This document shows, piece by piece, positions 8,658-17,806 of a DNA stretch of 64,000 bases; position 1 is the first letter of the stretch, and each line of letters opens with the position of its first letter. The notes under the pieces were generated by a model. The model saw nothing but the letters and a program-made list of their open reading frames with translations, was not told the DNA's origin and ran no database searches. A program made the position numbers and the translations under genes. The DNA comes from Ilumatobacteraceae bacterium. Lineage in GTDB: Bacteria > Actinomycetota > Acidimicrobiia > Acidimicrobiales > Ilumatobacteraceae. The DNA is taken from contig JAULYE010000010.1 in NCBI GenBank assembly GCA_032118015.1, forward strand, positions 5,113-69,112, written 5' to 3'.

Positions 8658-8681
8658 CTAGGGGGTGTGGCAGAGTTTCGA
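8658..8681. repeat. 24-bp direct repeat, copy 1 (ctagggggtgtggcagagtttcga), upstream of the DUF222/HNH gene
   Basis: Identical to 9061-9084. Both copies lie just 5' (minus sense) of a DUF222-type N-terminus. Confidence 0.9.
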
Positions 8682-8801
8682 TGGAATCACCACGACCACC
8701 CGAAACAGATGTACTCAATCTGAATTGGTGAGAGACGGTCATGCCTTGGTGTGGGAGCACCGACCCTGGCCGCGGCGACGTGCGCCGATAAATCTCGGAA
8801 A

Positions 8802-9047
8802 TCATGTCGAACTCTTCTGGCCGAGACCGCAAGCGGGGCGCTTGCTTGTTGCACCGCCATCTCCATCGGTATCGCCATCGGATGTGACATGCGCAGCCAA
8901 CTCTTCGGTGATTGCCTTGTCGAGCAAGTCCAGTTCGGCCCGAGCTCGATGCAGATCGAACAGGCACGAGAGAAGTTCGGGGAGGGAATTGGTGGCACGA
9001 AGCAGGCTCTCGGGAACGGACAACGTGACCATTGCTGATGTACTCAT
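8802..9047 (-). pseudogene. Truncated DUF222 N-terminal remnant (81 codons)
   Basis: MSTSAMVTLSVPESLLRATNSLPELLSCLFDLHRARAELDLLDKAI... parallels the N-terminus of the full-length neighbour (LPELRIELADARRMRSALDGRVVD). It is preceded by the same 24-bp repeat and has no HNH part. Confidence 0.55.
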
Positions 9048-9060
9048 GCGTCAACCGTGC

Positions 9061-9084
9061 CTAGGGGGTGTGGCAGAGTTTCGA
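9061..9084. repeat. 24-bp direct repeat, copy 2
   Basis: Identical to 8658-8681. Confidence 0.9.
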
Positions 9085-9117
9085 GCCATTCGCCCCACTT
9101 TCAGGAATCTCCGACTT

Positions 9118-9951
9118 TCAGGATTCTTTTGCCAGATCCAGAACTCGGGTATAGACGTCCTTCACCACGAGATCGAATTCATCTGCGGCGATCTTGGCGA
9201 TGTCCTTTGTGCGCAACCCGGATGCGATCAGCTCGCGCAAACGAGCATCGATCTGGGAGTCCGTTGCAGGCTCGGCAGGTGGCGCACCTTCGAGCACGAT
9301 GACGAACTCGCCCTTGGGTTCGTGTGCTGTGAGATGTTCACGCGCTTGCCCGAGAGTGCCCCGCCACACATCCTCGTGCATCTTGGTCAACTCACGACAC
9401 AGTGCAACACGACGCGTCGGTCCACATGCCGAGACGAGATCGTCGATGGTGCGCACGATGCGATGCGGCGCCTCGTACATCACCACGGTGTACAGGTGGC
9501 GCGCGATCACGGAGAGTTGCGTCGAACGCTCCTGGCCGCGCCGTTCGAGGAAACCTTCGAACACGAACTTGTCAGCGGGCAGCCCGCTGATGACGAGAGC
9601 CATGATCAGCGCAGCTGGACCGGGAACAGATGACACGGTGAAGCCACTGTCGATCGCTGCTCGCACGAGCCTGAGACCGGGATCGCTGATCCCTGGTGTG
9701 CCTGCATCGCTCACGAGGCACACCGTGCGCCCGTCACGCAGAGCATCGAGAACTCGAGGGATCGCGTCGTGCTCGGCATGTTCATCGACGCGCATCAAGG
9801 TTGCGTCGATACCAAGGTTGTGCAACATGAGACCTGTGCGGCGCGTATCTTCACAGCACACGAGATCGGCTTGGGCGAGGGCGTCACGAGCACGGGAGGA
9901 CAGATCACCCATGTTGCCGATCGGCGTGGCGACGAGAATCAGCGAACTCAT
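9118..9951 (-). CDS. rsmI: 16S rRNA (cytidine1402-2'-O)-methyltransferase RsmI
   Basis: MSSLILVATPIGNMGDLSSRARDALAQADLVCCEDTRRTG is the canonical RsmI N-terminus (tetrapyrrole-methylase fold). Confidence 0.9.
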   Translation of the reverse strand: MSSLILVATPIGNMGDLSSRARDALAQADLVCCEDTRRTGLMLHNLGIDATLMRVDEHAEHDAIPRVLDALRDGRTVCLVSDAGTPGISDPGLRLVRAAIDSGFTVSSVPGPAALIMALVISGLPADKFVFEGFLERRGQERSTQLSVIARHLYTVVMYEAPHRIVRTIDDLVSACGPTRRVALCRELTKMHEDVWRGTLGQAREHLTAHEPKGEFVIVLEGAPPAEPATDSQIDARLRELIASGLRTKDIAKIAADEFDLVVKDVYTRVLDLAKES

Positions 9952-9994
9952 GCGACGTTCACCGCATCGCTCACAACATCTCGCGCATCATGAC

Positions 9995-10384
9995 TCACGA
10001 GCCGGACACATCTGCTGTTCGCACCTCGACGATGTCGCCGACCCGCAATCCCCAGCGATCGAAGGAGCCACGGTGAGCCTCGACGACGGTGGATGCACGC
10101 AACACAGGAGTGCCGACGACGAAGCGGCTCATGGAAGTCTTTTTGAGCACAACTCCTTCTGCATCGAGATACGCCACATCGAGAGGGAATCGGACGCCGA
10201 TCGTGTGAATCCAGTTGCAATCAGGAATGACCAACGCTCCGTCGAAGTCCGTGCGCCCGATCAGCCCATGTCGTTTTTCGCGGCGCGAGACGGCGACCTC
10301 TGCACTGGCCAACACGCGACCGGCACATACCAGCCACGCATGATTCGAGTCACCGTGTCGAGGAGTATTGGTGGCTGCATCCAT
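9995..10384 (-). CDS. DUF192 domain protein
   Basis: REKRHGLIGRTDFDGALVIPDCNWIHTIGVRFPLDVAYLD matches the DUF192 pattern. Confidence 0.65.
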   Translation of the reverse strand: MDAATNTPRHGDSNHAWLVCAGRVLASAEVAVSRREKRHGLIGRTDFDGALVIPDCNWIHTIGVRFPLDVAYLDAEGVVLKKTSMSRFVVGTPVLRASTVVEAHRGSFDRWGLRVGDIVEVRTADVSGS

Positions 10385-10444
10385 GTCCGTATCGACGTCC
10401 TCTCAGTAGTTCTCAGACTCGATTGTTCTCGGGCTTGATCGTTC

Positions 10445-11533
10445 TCAGACGTTGAACCGGAATTCCATCACATCGCCATCCACGGGGTGGTACTCCTTGC
10501 CTTCGACGCGAATCTTGCCGACGTCTTTGGCCTTGGTCCATGAGCCGAGATCGAGGAGTTCGTCCCAGTGAATGACTTCGGCCTTGATGAACCCGCGCTG
10601 GAAGTCACTGTGAATGCGTCCGGCACATTCGGGGGCCGTCGAACCTGCATGGAACGTCCAGGCGCGGGACTCTTTTTCGCCGGTGGTGAAATACGTGCGC
10701 AGTCCGAGCAAGTGGTACGCGCTGCGAACCATGCGGAACAGTGCGCCTTCGCCGAGACCGAAGCCCTCGAGCATCTCGGCTCGTTCGACTGGGTCGGAGA
10801 TGGTGGCTGCTTCGGCTTCGAGTTGCACGCACATGCCGATGACTTCGACGTTCGATCCCGCCGACGAGAATTCGTCACGCACTCGTTGCTCGACTGCAGG
10901 GATCCTGTCGAGTTCGTTCTCACCGACGTTGACGACAGCCAGCACCGGTCGGTTGGTCAACAAGAAGTAGGGCTTGAGCACCTCACGCAGGTCGTCGCTG
11001 AGGCCAGCTCGGTAGATGGGAAGTCCCTGGCCGAGTGCATCACTCGCTGCTTGCAGGGCTTCCAGTTCGCCGGCTGCGGTCTTGTCGAGTTTGGCCTGGC
11101 GCGTTGCCTGAGTGAGGCGCTTGTCAATGGTTTCGAGATCGGCGAGAGCCAATTCGATTTCGACCACGCGGAGATGTTCGAGGGGATCGGACGGTCCCGG
11201 CACGTCATCGTCCTCGAAGGCGCGCAGCACGAACACGATGGCGTCGACTTCGCGAATGTTTGCCAGGAACTTGTTGCCGAGACCTTCGCCCTTGCTGGCG
11301 CCCTCGACGAGTCCGCCGATGTCGACGACCTGCACCGAGGCATGGACGATGTTCTTCGATTTCGACATTTCGCCGAGGCGATCGAGGCGATCATCGGGCA
11401 CCTTGGCGACTCCGACATTGGGGTCCTTGGTGGCAAAGGCATAGGGAGCAGCGAGTGCGCCCCCGCCGGTGAGAGCGTTGTACAGCGAACTCTTGCCCGC
11501 GTTGGGGAGACCGACCAGGCCGAAGCGTTCCAT
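10445..11533 (-). CDS. ychF: Ribosome-binding ATPase YchF
   Basis: GLVGLPNAGKSSLYNALT P-loop, a TGS-like C-terminal end ...GKEYHPVDGDVMEFRFNV, 362 aa. Confidence 0.95.
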   Translation of the reverse strand: MERFGLVGLPNAGKSSLYNALTGGGALAAPYAFATKDPNVGVAKVPDDRLDRLGEMSKSKNIVHASVQVVDIGGLVEGASKGEGLGNKFLANIREVDAIVFVLRAFEDDDVPGPSDPLEHLRVVEIELALADLETIDKRLTQATRQAKLDKTAAGELEALQAASDALGQGLPIYRAGLSDDLREVLKPYFLLTNRPVLAVVNVGENELDRIPAVEQRVRDEFSSAGSNVEVIGMCVQLEAEAATISDPVERAEMLEGFGLGEGALFRMVRSAYHLLGLRTYFTTGEKESRAWTFHAGSTAPECAGRIHSDFQRGFIKAEVIHWDELLDLGSWTKAKDVGKIRVEGKEYHPVDGDVMEFRFNV

Positions 11534-11758
11534 GAGGACGCCAGGCTACCAATGCGCAACTCGGTGGCCGTTTGAGCACACTGCCCGGGTGCCCATTCAG
11601 GCAGATATTCATGGGCACTTGTAACCGACTGGGCGAACGTCAGAAGTGCCCGGTCTTTCCCGGCTCGGACCATGAACCGAGTGCCACCATGACGATCGCT
11701 TTCGAATGGAAGCGGAGTCGCACATGAGCAGGCGATTCTCGACGAGAGGTGAATGGCG

Positions 11759-12655
11759 ATGTTTGGGCAACAACGACGTGGTGGATCTTTGGCGTTGGCG
11801 ACGTCGGTGCTTTTCGTTCTTGGTCTTGGTCTCGCCACAGAGTCACCGGGGCCGGTGTCGGCGGCAGGGACGTGCAGTGCGGCTCCCTACTTGGCACAAG
11901 GTGCATCGACGAGTGTTGCCAACGTGCTCGTGACCGCCACCGTCAACACGGCGAAGTCCGTCGGTGGTCAGCCCACCTATTACCTGCATCAATCGGTTCC
12001 GGCCTCGACAACACCTGCTCTCGATACGACGTGGACGTTCTCGCCAGGCATCTCCGAAGTCCAGTTCACAACCATTTTTCACGCTGATGGCAGTTCGCCT
12101 GAGAACTATGCCTTCACTGCAAAGAACTCATCGGGTGGAACCGTGCGCACCTTCGACATCACCGACGTGGACGGCAGCTTTCGGTATGCGTTTTCTGCTC
12201 CCGTCACCGAGATCGTGACCACCTACACCCCGACGTCGGGCATATTTGGCTCGTACTTGATCATGAGCCTGTCATCGGAGCCGGGTGCGTGCGGCGCGGT
12301 CGACCGTCCGGCAACTGTTCGAGCTCCCTCTGGCACCATGACGGCCGGAGCAACGCCTCCGACACTCACGGCAACTGCGTTCGTGACAGGACCCAATCCG
12401 GAGACGCCGGTGACGTTCATGACTGCGCCAACGTGCGGTCTGGAAGATGGTCTCGGCAACCCGGTCGTGCTCTCGAGATCGACGCCGGTGGGAACGTACG
12501 TCGTCGTCTGTGTCGGTGGCACGGCGACGGGTTTCGAATTGCTCACTTACCTCGACGGAGTGTTCGCGGTGGAGGAATACCGGCGGGGCTTTCCAGAGGA
12601 CTACCTGGAGCGTCGTTTGGCTGCCGAAGCCTCGCTTCTTCCCGATACGCGCTGA
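11759..12655 (+). CDS. Secreted protein A1 with a C-terminal MBG-like module, ending ...LLPDTR-stop
   Basis: Signal peptide MFGQQRRGGSLALATSVLFVLGLGLATESPGPVSAAG. The start at the second ATG is conserved with paralog A2. The C-terminal block TCGLEDGLGNPVVLSRSTPVGTYVVVCVGGTATGFELLTYLDG resembles an MBG domain. The last codons are gat acg cgc tga. Confidence 0.75.
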   Translation: MFGQQRRGGSLALATSVLFVLGLGLATESPGPVSAAGTCSAAPYLAQGASTSVANVLVTATVNTAKSVGGQPTYYLHQSVPASTTPALDTTWTFSPGISEVQFTTIFHADGSSPENYAFTAKNSSGGTVRTFDITDVDGSFRYAFSAPVTEIVTTYTPTSGIFGSYLIMSLSSEPGACGAVDRPATVRAPSGTMTAGATPPTLTATAFVTGPNPETPVTFMTAPTCGLEDGLGNPVVLSRSTPVGTYVVVCVGGTATGFELLTYLDGVFAVEEYRRGFPEDYLERRLAAEASLLPDTR

Positions 12656-12889
12656 ACCCCGTTCCTGATACCTCATCCGGGGTCATGGCGAGGATCGTTG
12701 GTTCGGGGACGACCGTACATTCGAGGTGGTCCTTGAACACGTCGTCGATCGGGGCCCTCAAGCGGATTGGTTTACGCCGGGCAATCGCATATTGGATGCT
12801 TGGAGTGCCATTGCCGGCCATGATACAGTTCAGTAGACGTGTGGTAAGGCGCAATTGAGCAGGCGCCCGTCGACAAGAGGTGAGTGACG

Positions 12890-13807
12890 ATGTTCGGGCA
12901 ACGACGACGTGGCGCGTCTTTTATTGTGACGACCTTGATGACCGTGGGCCTGGTGGCCGTCACGGGAGAGTCAGGGCCGGTGTCGGCCGCTGACGAGGGC
13001 GAGGTTTTGCGGTGCACCCCAGTGGTGTATCTCGCTCAGGGAACATCGGTGACAGTCGAGGGCGTTACGGTCACCGCCACACTAAATACGGCACGTGAAA
13101 GTGTGGCCGGAGCCATCAACCCGTACGCGTATTTCTTGGGAGCCCTGTTTGAGCCGGTTGGGTTCGTGGGCTGGCCGGCATCCTTCGAGACGTCCTGGGA
13201 GTTCGATCCACCGATTCCCGCTGTGCGGTTCGAGACGCAATATCACACTGACGGGATAGGAGAGACGTTCACCTTGACTGCGAGAAACTCGAATCTCGCG
13301 AGCCCTCAGATTTGGACGACCGCGATCGTCGATCAGAACACGACCGTTCAAACCGTATTCTCGTCACCTGCGGACAAGATCGATGCGAGGTTCTCGCCGG
13401 AAGTTGGTCAGTTCGCCTCGTATCTCATCATGTGCATTCCCATCCGATCGGCGACCGTGCAAGCGCCGTCCGGCTCCATGGTCACGGGCGAACAACTGCC
13501 GTCACTCGTTGCGACCGCTTTCGTGACACCAGGGATTGTGTCCACAGCAGCTAACACACCAGTGACATTCGATCAGGAGCCAACGTGCGGTCTGGAAGAT
13601 GGTCTCGGCAACTCGGTCGTGCTCTCGAGCTCGACACCCGCGGGGACATACGCCGTCGTCTGTGTCGGTGGCACGGCGACGGGTTTCGAATTACTCACTT
13701 ACCTCGACGGAGTGTTCGTGGTAGAGGAGTACCGGCGGGGCTTTCCAGAGGACTACCTCGAGCGTCGTTTGGCTGCCGAGGCCTCGCTTCTTCCTGACAC
13801 GCATTGA
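12890..13807 (+). CDS. Secreted protein A2 (tandem paralog of A1), ending ...LLPDTH-stop
   Basis: Signal peptide MFGQRRRGASFIVTTLMTVGLVAVTGESGPVSAA. The last ~80 aa are nearly identical to A1. The last codons are gac acg cat tga. Confidence 0.75.
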   Translation: MFGQRRRGASFIVTTLMTVGLVAVTGESGPVSAADEGEVLRCTPVVYLAQGTSVTVEGVTVTATLNTARESVAGAINPYAYFLGALFEPVGFVGWPASFETSWEFDPPIPAVRFETQYHTDGIGETFTLTARNSNLASPQIWTTAIVDQNTTVQTVFSSPADKIDARFSPEVGQFASYLIMCIPIRSATVQAPSGSMVTGEQLPSLVATAFVTPGIVSTAANTPVTFDQEPTCGLEDGLGNSVVLSSSTPAGTYAVVCVGGTATGFELLTYLDGVFVVEEYRRGFPEDYLERRLAAEASLLPDTH

Positions 13808-13883
13808 TCGAAAACGCCACCTGATTTCCGAAGCCAATCGAGCCTTCAGATGGGCGGGAAAGCCCGCTGTCATGTAAATCGCG

Positions 13884-14906
13884 ATGGGTGTGGTCCCACT
13901 GGCGCTGATCGGCGGAGTTCTCGGCGGATCGCAGACAGCCGGCGCAGGTGCCGCCGTCTTCGGCGTCGACTACTTCATATCCGCGCCGCTGGTACAGGGG
14001 TCGTACGTATCGTTGACGTCTGAATTTATCCAGGAAACATTTGATGGCTATGGCTATGGCTCGGGCCCGTGCCCCAGCTCGTTGGCTAGCGGAGCAATCA
14101 CGGTGACCGCCGGCGTGTGCACAGTCAGCGCATTAAACGAGTACGGGGGAGCGAGTTCCACAGGTGCAACTGCCAACGTGGATGACGCTGGCTGGAACTA
14201 TGCCACGACTGGAGGCACTGGACTGATCGAGTTCACGATGTCGGCTCCACAGAGGTACCTCGGATTTTGGTGGAGTGCTGGTTCGGCCTCGAACGCTGTG
14301 ACGTTCTACAGCGGTGAAACGGAGATCTTGAGTTTGACCACTGCTGAAGTCTTCGCCCTGTTCGGCAGTGCCCCCACGAACCAGGCCACGTACACGGTGG
14401 ACGACGTATCAACTGTTGATGCCATTGACCCGAGCATCGAAGCCACAAACGGATCGGCGTATTTCAAGCATCATTACTTCGGGAATCCACGCGGATACTC
14501 CACGACCTCTCCAACGTGGGCTCAATGGAACTTGCACACCTTGGCAAGATCGGAGCCGTTCGTCTACCTCCACATTTTCAGCAAGGGTGGTCTCTACTTC
14601 GACCGCGTGGTCTTTTCGGGTGGTGGATTCGAATTCGACAACTTCGTCGTCTCGCCGTTGGCCCAGACGCCGAATGGCTCTCTCGTGCCTGTGGGAGGTG
14701 TGGAGGGCACGCCTCCTCCAGACTTCGAACCAGATAGTCGTCCGCGCACTCCGTCGATCGATCTGGATCACTACCTCGTGCGGACGGAGTTGCCTGACAC
14801 CGGCGCTGAGTCTGGTGCCGTTGCGTGGATCGGGGCGTGCCTCGTGCTTGGCGGAGGTGCCATCACGGTCAGGGTTCGTCGATCAAGGGTGCGCCTGACA
14901 GCTTGA
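13884..14906 (+). CDS. LPDTG cell-wall-anchored surface protein, family B member 1
   Basis: The C-terminus TELPDTGAESGAVAWIGACLVLGGGAITVRVRRSRVRLTA is a tripartite sortase signal. Conserved blocks are shared with 19929..20984 and 25746..26699. An in-frame TAA lies at 13875, so the start cannot be further upstream. The signal peptide is weak. Confidence 0.75.
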   Translation: MGVVPLALIGGVLGGSQTAGAGAAVFGVDYFISAPLVQGSYVSLTSEFIQETFDGYGYGSGPCPSSLASGAITVTAGVCTVSALNEYGGASSTGATANVDDAGWNYATTGGTGLIEFTMSAPQRYLGFWWSAGSASNAVTFYSGETEILSLTTAEVFALFGSAPTNQATYTVDDVSTVDAIDPSIEATNGSAYFKHHYFGNPRGYSTTSPTWAQWNLHTLARSEPFVYLHIFSKGGLYFDRVVFSGGGFEFDNFVVSPLAQTPNGSLVPVGGVEGTPPPDFEPDSRPRTPSIDLDHYLVRTELPDTGAESGAVAWIGACLVLGGGAITVRVRRSRVRLTA

Positions 14907-15073
14907 TTGCCCGATCGGGCACATGTCAACGCAACTCCTGCCTGATCATCTGAACTGTTGCCGACAAGACGCCCATCCGCAATCGACCCTCCTACGGTTG
15001 GTCGTGTCGGAAACAGGTTCGCATCGTCGAATCAAGAGCAGAGGATTTCTTTGTGGTGCGTCATTCGAAATCG

Positions 15074-16351
15074 ATGGTCGAGAAGTTGGTAATCAGAGTG
15101 TGTATCGGGGTGGCGGCGGGGTCGGTGCTCGGTCTCGTGGCGCTCGAGAGTCCACTGAGTGCGGCTGGCACTCTTGAGGATTTCGAGTCCGATAGCGAGG
15201 GTGGATATCCAGCGAATTGGACCGTTGTTCAAGAACGTGTCGTTCTCGGTGAAACGTCGCTGGCAGGTTGTACATCGATCGATCAGGCGTCGTACGACAC
15301 CTTGGACAATCTCGATGATCCGTGGCGTTTCTTGTGGAGCCCTGAGAGACCTGGCATCGATAGGTCGCCGACTTTCGGCACGCTCGGTTCTGGTACGCAC
15401 GACGAGTACGGATACTTCCGCGAATGGTTCGCTCCCGGTGAATCGAGTCAGTACCTCGTTGATGGAAGCATTCAGTCCTGGTGGTATGACGGTTACTACG
15501 GCTTCGGTCCAGAGGACGACTATCCGAACAACTTCGACCAACTCACCGTCGATCAACGCGTCGACCTTTTGGTGATGCAGGCCGAGTACCTCAACGACCA
15601 GCCAGCGGATCCTCAATGGAGTACCTACGAGGATCGGTACGACGTCATGGTGCTCGACGGCACCGGCTACGGCATCGGATGGAACAGCCAGGTTCTACAG
15701 CTGTACAGCTGGACGGACTCCTACGAAGGCCATGTCATCCACGGCCCGGCGGTCGTCAGCACTGGTGTCTTCAATGTGACGACCGAGGCAACCGTGAGCT
15801 TCAAGTTTTCGGCGTCACGCGACATGGACTATTTCCACGTCTATGGATATCTCCAGGACATCAATGACTGCACGAAGCAGTATCCCGTCCTGGATGCCAC
15901 CGGAGAAAGTCTTGGTTGGTCGACGTTTACGGCCGATGTGCCAACCGGGGAATATCGCTTCGTCTTCGTTGGCGGCACGTATGACGGCACCTGGGGACAG
16001 TTGGGTGGCGCCTTGCTCTGGATCGACGACATTGGATGTGTCGGGCTGGATGGTGGTTCATGTGCAGTCGTCACCTGCGACGCAGATCCAAACGGTCTGA
16101 GCGACTGCACACCTGAGCCGATTGGACCCGGACTCGAGATCGACGAGATCGAGTTCCTCCCCAATGAAAGTGGACCGACGCGTCCGATCCAGTGGATTCA
16201 GGACGCCCTCGCTGCTGAGACAGTCGAGGAATTGCCTTCGACTGGATCGAATACGAACCTGGTGTCATTAGCCGGAGCACTGACAATTCTCGGCGCAGGG
16301 ATAATGGTGCTGCGCCGTCGTCAGACGATCACAGCGTCCTCACGACGATGA
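15074..16351 (+). CDS. LPSTG cell-wall-anchored surface protein (possible lectin/MAM-like jelly-roll domain)
   Basis: Signal peptide MVEKLVIRVCIGVAAGSVLGLVALESPLSAAG (ATG 15074; GTG 15053 is an alternative). The C-terminus is EELPSTGSNTNLVSLAGALTILGAGIMVLRRRQ. The domain guess from YRFVFVGGTYDGTWGQLGGALLWIDDI is tentative. Confidence 0.7.
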   Translation: MVEKLVIRVCIGVAAGSVLGLVALESPLSAAGTLEDFESDSEGGYPANWTVVQERVVLGETSLAGCTSIDQASYDTLDNLDDPWRFLWSPERPGIDRSPTFGTLGSGTHDEYGYFREWFAPGESSQYLVDGSIQSWWYDGYYGFGPEDDYPNNFDQLTVDQRVDLLVMQAEYLNDQPADPQWSTYEDRYDVMVLDGTGYGIGWNSQVLQLYSWTDSYEGHVIHGPAVVSTGVFNVTTEATVSFKFSASRDMDYFHVYGYLQDINDCTKQYPVLDATGESLGWSTFTADVPTGEYRFVFVGGTYDGTWGQLGGALLWIDDIGCVGLDGGSCAVVTCDADPNGLSDCTPEPIGPGLEIDEIEFLPNESGPTRPIQWIQDALAAETVEELPSTGSNTNLVSLAGALTILGAGIMVLRRRQTITASSRR

Positions 16352-16407
16352 GATCTGGGCGCCAGGATGCCCGGCGCCCAGATACTCGTTTTCCAGGAAT
16401 GCGTCTT

Positions 16408-16902
16408 TCAGCTACAGGGCTTGGAGGCGAGTTCGCCGCCGAGCGCATTCTGCAGAGCTGACAAGATCTCGTCGATCTCCGTCGACTTGTCTGCAGTTGA
16501 CTCGGACAAAGAAAAGGCGCTTGCGGCCCACGTGTCACCGCGCAAATAGCGGATTTCGCCAAGGTGTGAGTCGCTCGTGCACATGATCTCGCTGTCGATC
16601 TCAGATTCGAGAGTCTCGGCATCGGCCCATACGTACGCACTGACTCCGATGGAGGAGAAGGTGTTGCAGATGGCGCGCTCAGCACTGGTCATCGCCATGG
16701 ACTCCGGCTGACAGGTGTAGTCGTTGGCTTCGATCGCCTCGGTCACGTTGCCGAGGACCCCGTCGAACGTCTGCTCGCCGGAGTCGCCGCCGCCAGCCGC
16801 ATCGCTTCCTGACTGGTCCGATGATCCGCCTCCACACGATGTGAGAAGAACGGCTGCTGCTGATAGGGCTAGGAAGGTATGTCGTTGATTTGTCACGGGC
16901 AT
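16408..16902 (-). CDS. Lipoprotein, unknown function
   Basis: Start at Met36 of ORF 16408..17007: MPVTNQRHTFLALSAAAVLLTSCGGGSSD, with lipobox LLTSC. The upstream gene ends at 16952. Confidence 0.65.
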   Translation of the reverse strand: MPVTNQRHTFLALSAAAVLLTSCGGGSSDQSGSDAAGGGDSGEQTFDGVLGNVTEAIEANDYTCQPESMAMTSAERAICNTFSSIGVSAYVWADAETLESEIDSEIMCTSDSHLGEIRYLRGDTWAASAFSLSESTADKSTEIDEILSALQNALGGELASKPCS

Positions 16903-16951
16903 GAAAAATAGTTCATCGGCACATTCGGTTCGTGGATGGCTTGGATGTGGG

Positions 16952-17806
16952 TCAGCGGCAGACGTTGCGCGTGTGTCCGACACCGTCGAGCGTCGACACG
17001 AGGACATCCCCCGGCTTCAAGAACGTCGGCGGCTTGTGCGACATGCCAACTCCACCTGGCGTGCCGGTGTAGATCACATCACCAGGGAGAAGTTCGACGA
17101 TCGTCGACAGGTACGAAATGATCGTCGGCACATCGAAGATCAAGTCGTCGGTGAGCGTGTCTTGCACCGTCTCACCGTTGAGCGTCATCGACAGATGCAT
17201 GCGATCGCGATTGGCGAGATCTGCTGCGTCCATGAGCCAGGGCCCGAATGGCGAGTAACCCCGACGGCTCTTACCGAGGTTGAACTGCGGCGGTTGCGTG
17301 GCGAACTGCAGAGTTCGATCGGAGATGTCTTGACCGACGGCCACGCCGGCGACGTGATCCCACGCCGAAGCGGCGGGAATATCGCGCCCACCAGTCGCGA
17401 TCACGGCGACGAGTTCGACTTCCCAGTCCACTGTCTGTGAACCGAGCGTGATGTCGGCGTTCGGTGCAGCGATCGAACTGGTGAACTTGGTGAACGTCAA
17501 TGGACTCGCCGGAATCGGCATACCGGATTCCTCGGCGTGTGTGCGGTAGTTGAGGCCGATCCCGAACACTTGATACGGCATGGGTGATGGTGCACCGAGT
17601 AGCGACGCATCGATCGATGGTGCCGTGTCGAACGCGCTCGATGGGAGTGATGCGCTGAACGCGCGGAGTGCGTCCCACCGTGCGAAGGCGTCCATCGGTT
17701 CGGGAGAGAATGCTTCGTTGGACGCCGTCTCGAGATCGACGTACCGGGTGCCGTCATCGCTCACGAGAACTGCGCGCCCACCGATGTTCGCGTAGCGAAG
17801 AGTCAT
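16952..17806 (-). CDS. Fumarylacetoacetate hydrolase (FAH) family protein
   Basis: Start at MTLRYANIGG (ATG 17806, ATGA overlap with the MFS stop). Motifs: GIGLNYRTHAEE, DWEVELVAVI, PGDVIYTGTPGGVG. Confidence 0.85.
   Translation of the reverse strand: MTLRYANIGGRAVLVSDDGTRYVDLETASNEAFSPEPMDAFARWDALRAFSASLPSSAFDTAPSIDASLLGAPSPMPYQVFGIGLNYRTHAEESGMPIPASPLTFTKFTSSIAAPNADITLGSQTVDWEVELVAVIATGGRDIPAASAWDHVAGVAVGQDISDRTLQFATQPPQFNLGKSRRGYSPFGPWLMDAADLANRDRMHLSMTLNGETVQDTLTDDLIFDVPTIISYLSTIVELLPGDVIYTGTPGGVGMSHKPPTFLKPGDVLVSTLDGVGHTRNVCR

Noticed and set aside
12421-13807. Diversity-generating retroelement (template/variable repeat) between the near-identical 3' ends of paralogs A1 and A2.
   Set aside because: The substitutions are not adenine-specific, and no reverse transcriptase is nearby.
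12653-13883. Possibility that the LPDTx-TGA genes continue by stop-codon read-through or recoding into a hidden TM anchor.
   Set aside because: Translating past the TGA gives TPFLIPHPGSWRGSLVRG... for A1 and SKTPPDFRSQSSLQMGG... for A2. Neither has a hydrophobic helix or a charged tail. TGA is in any case the common stop codon in high-GC genomes.
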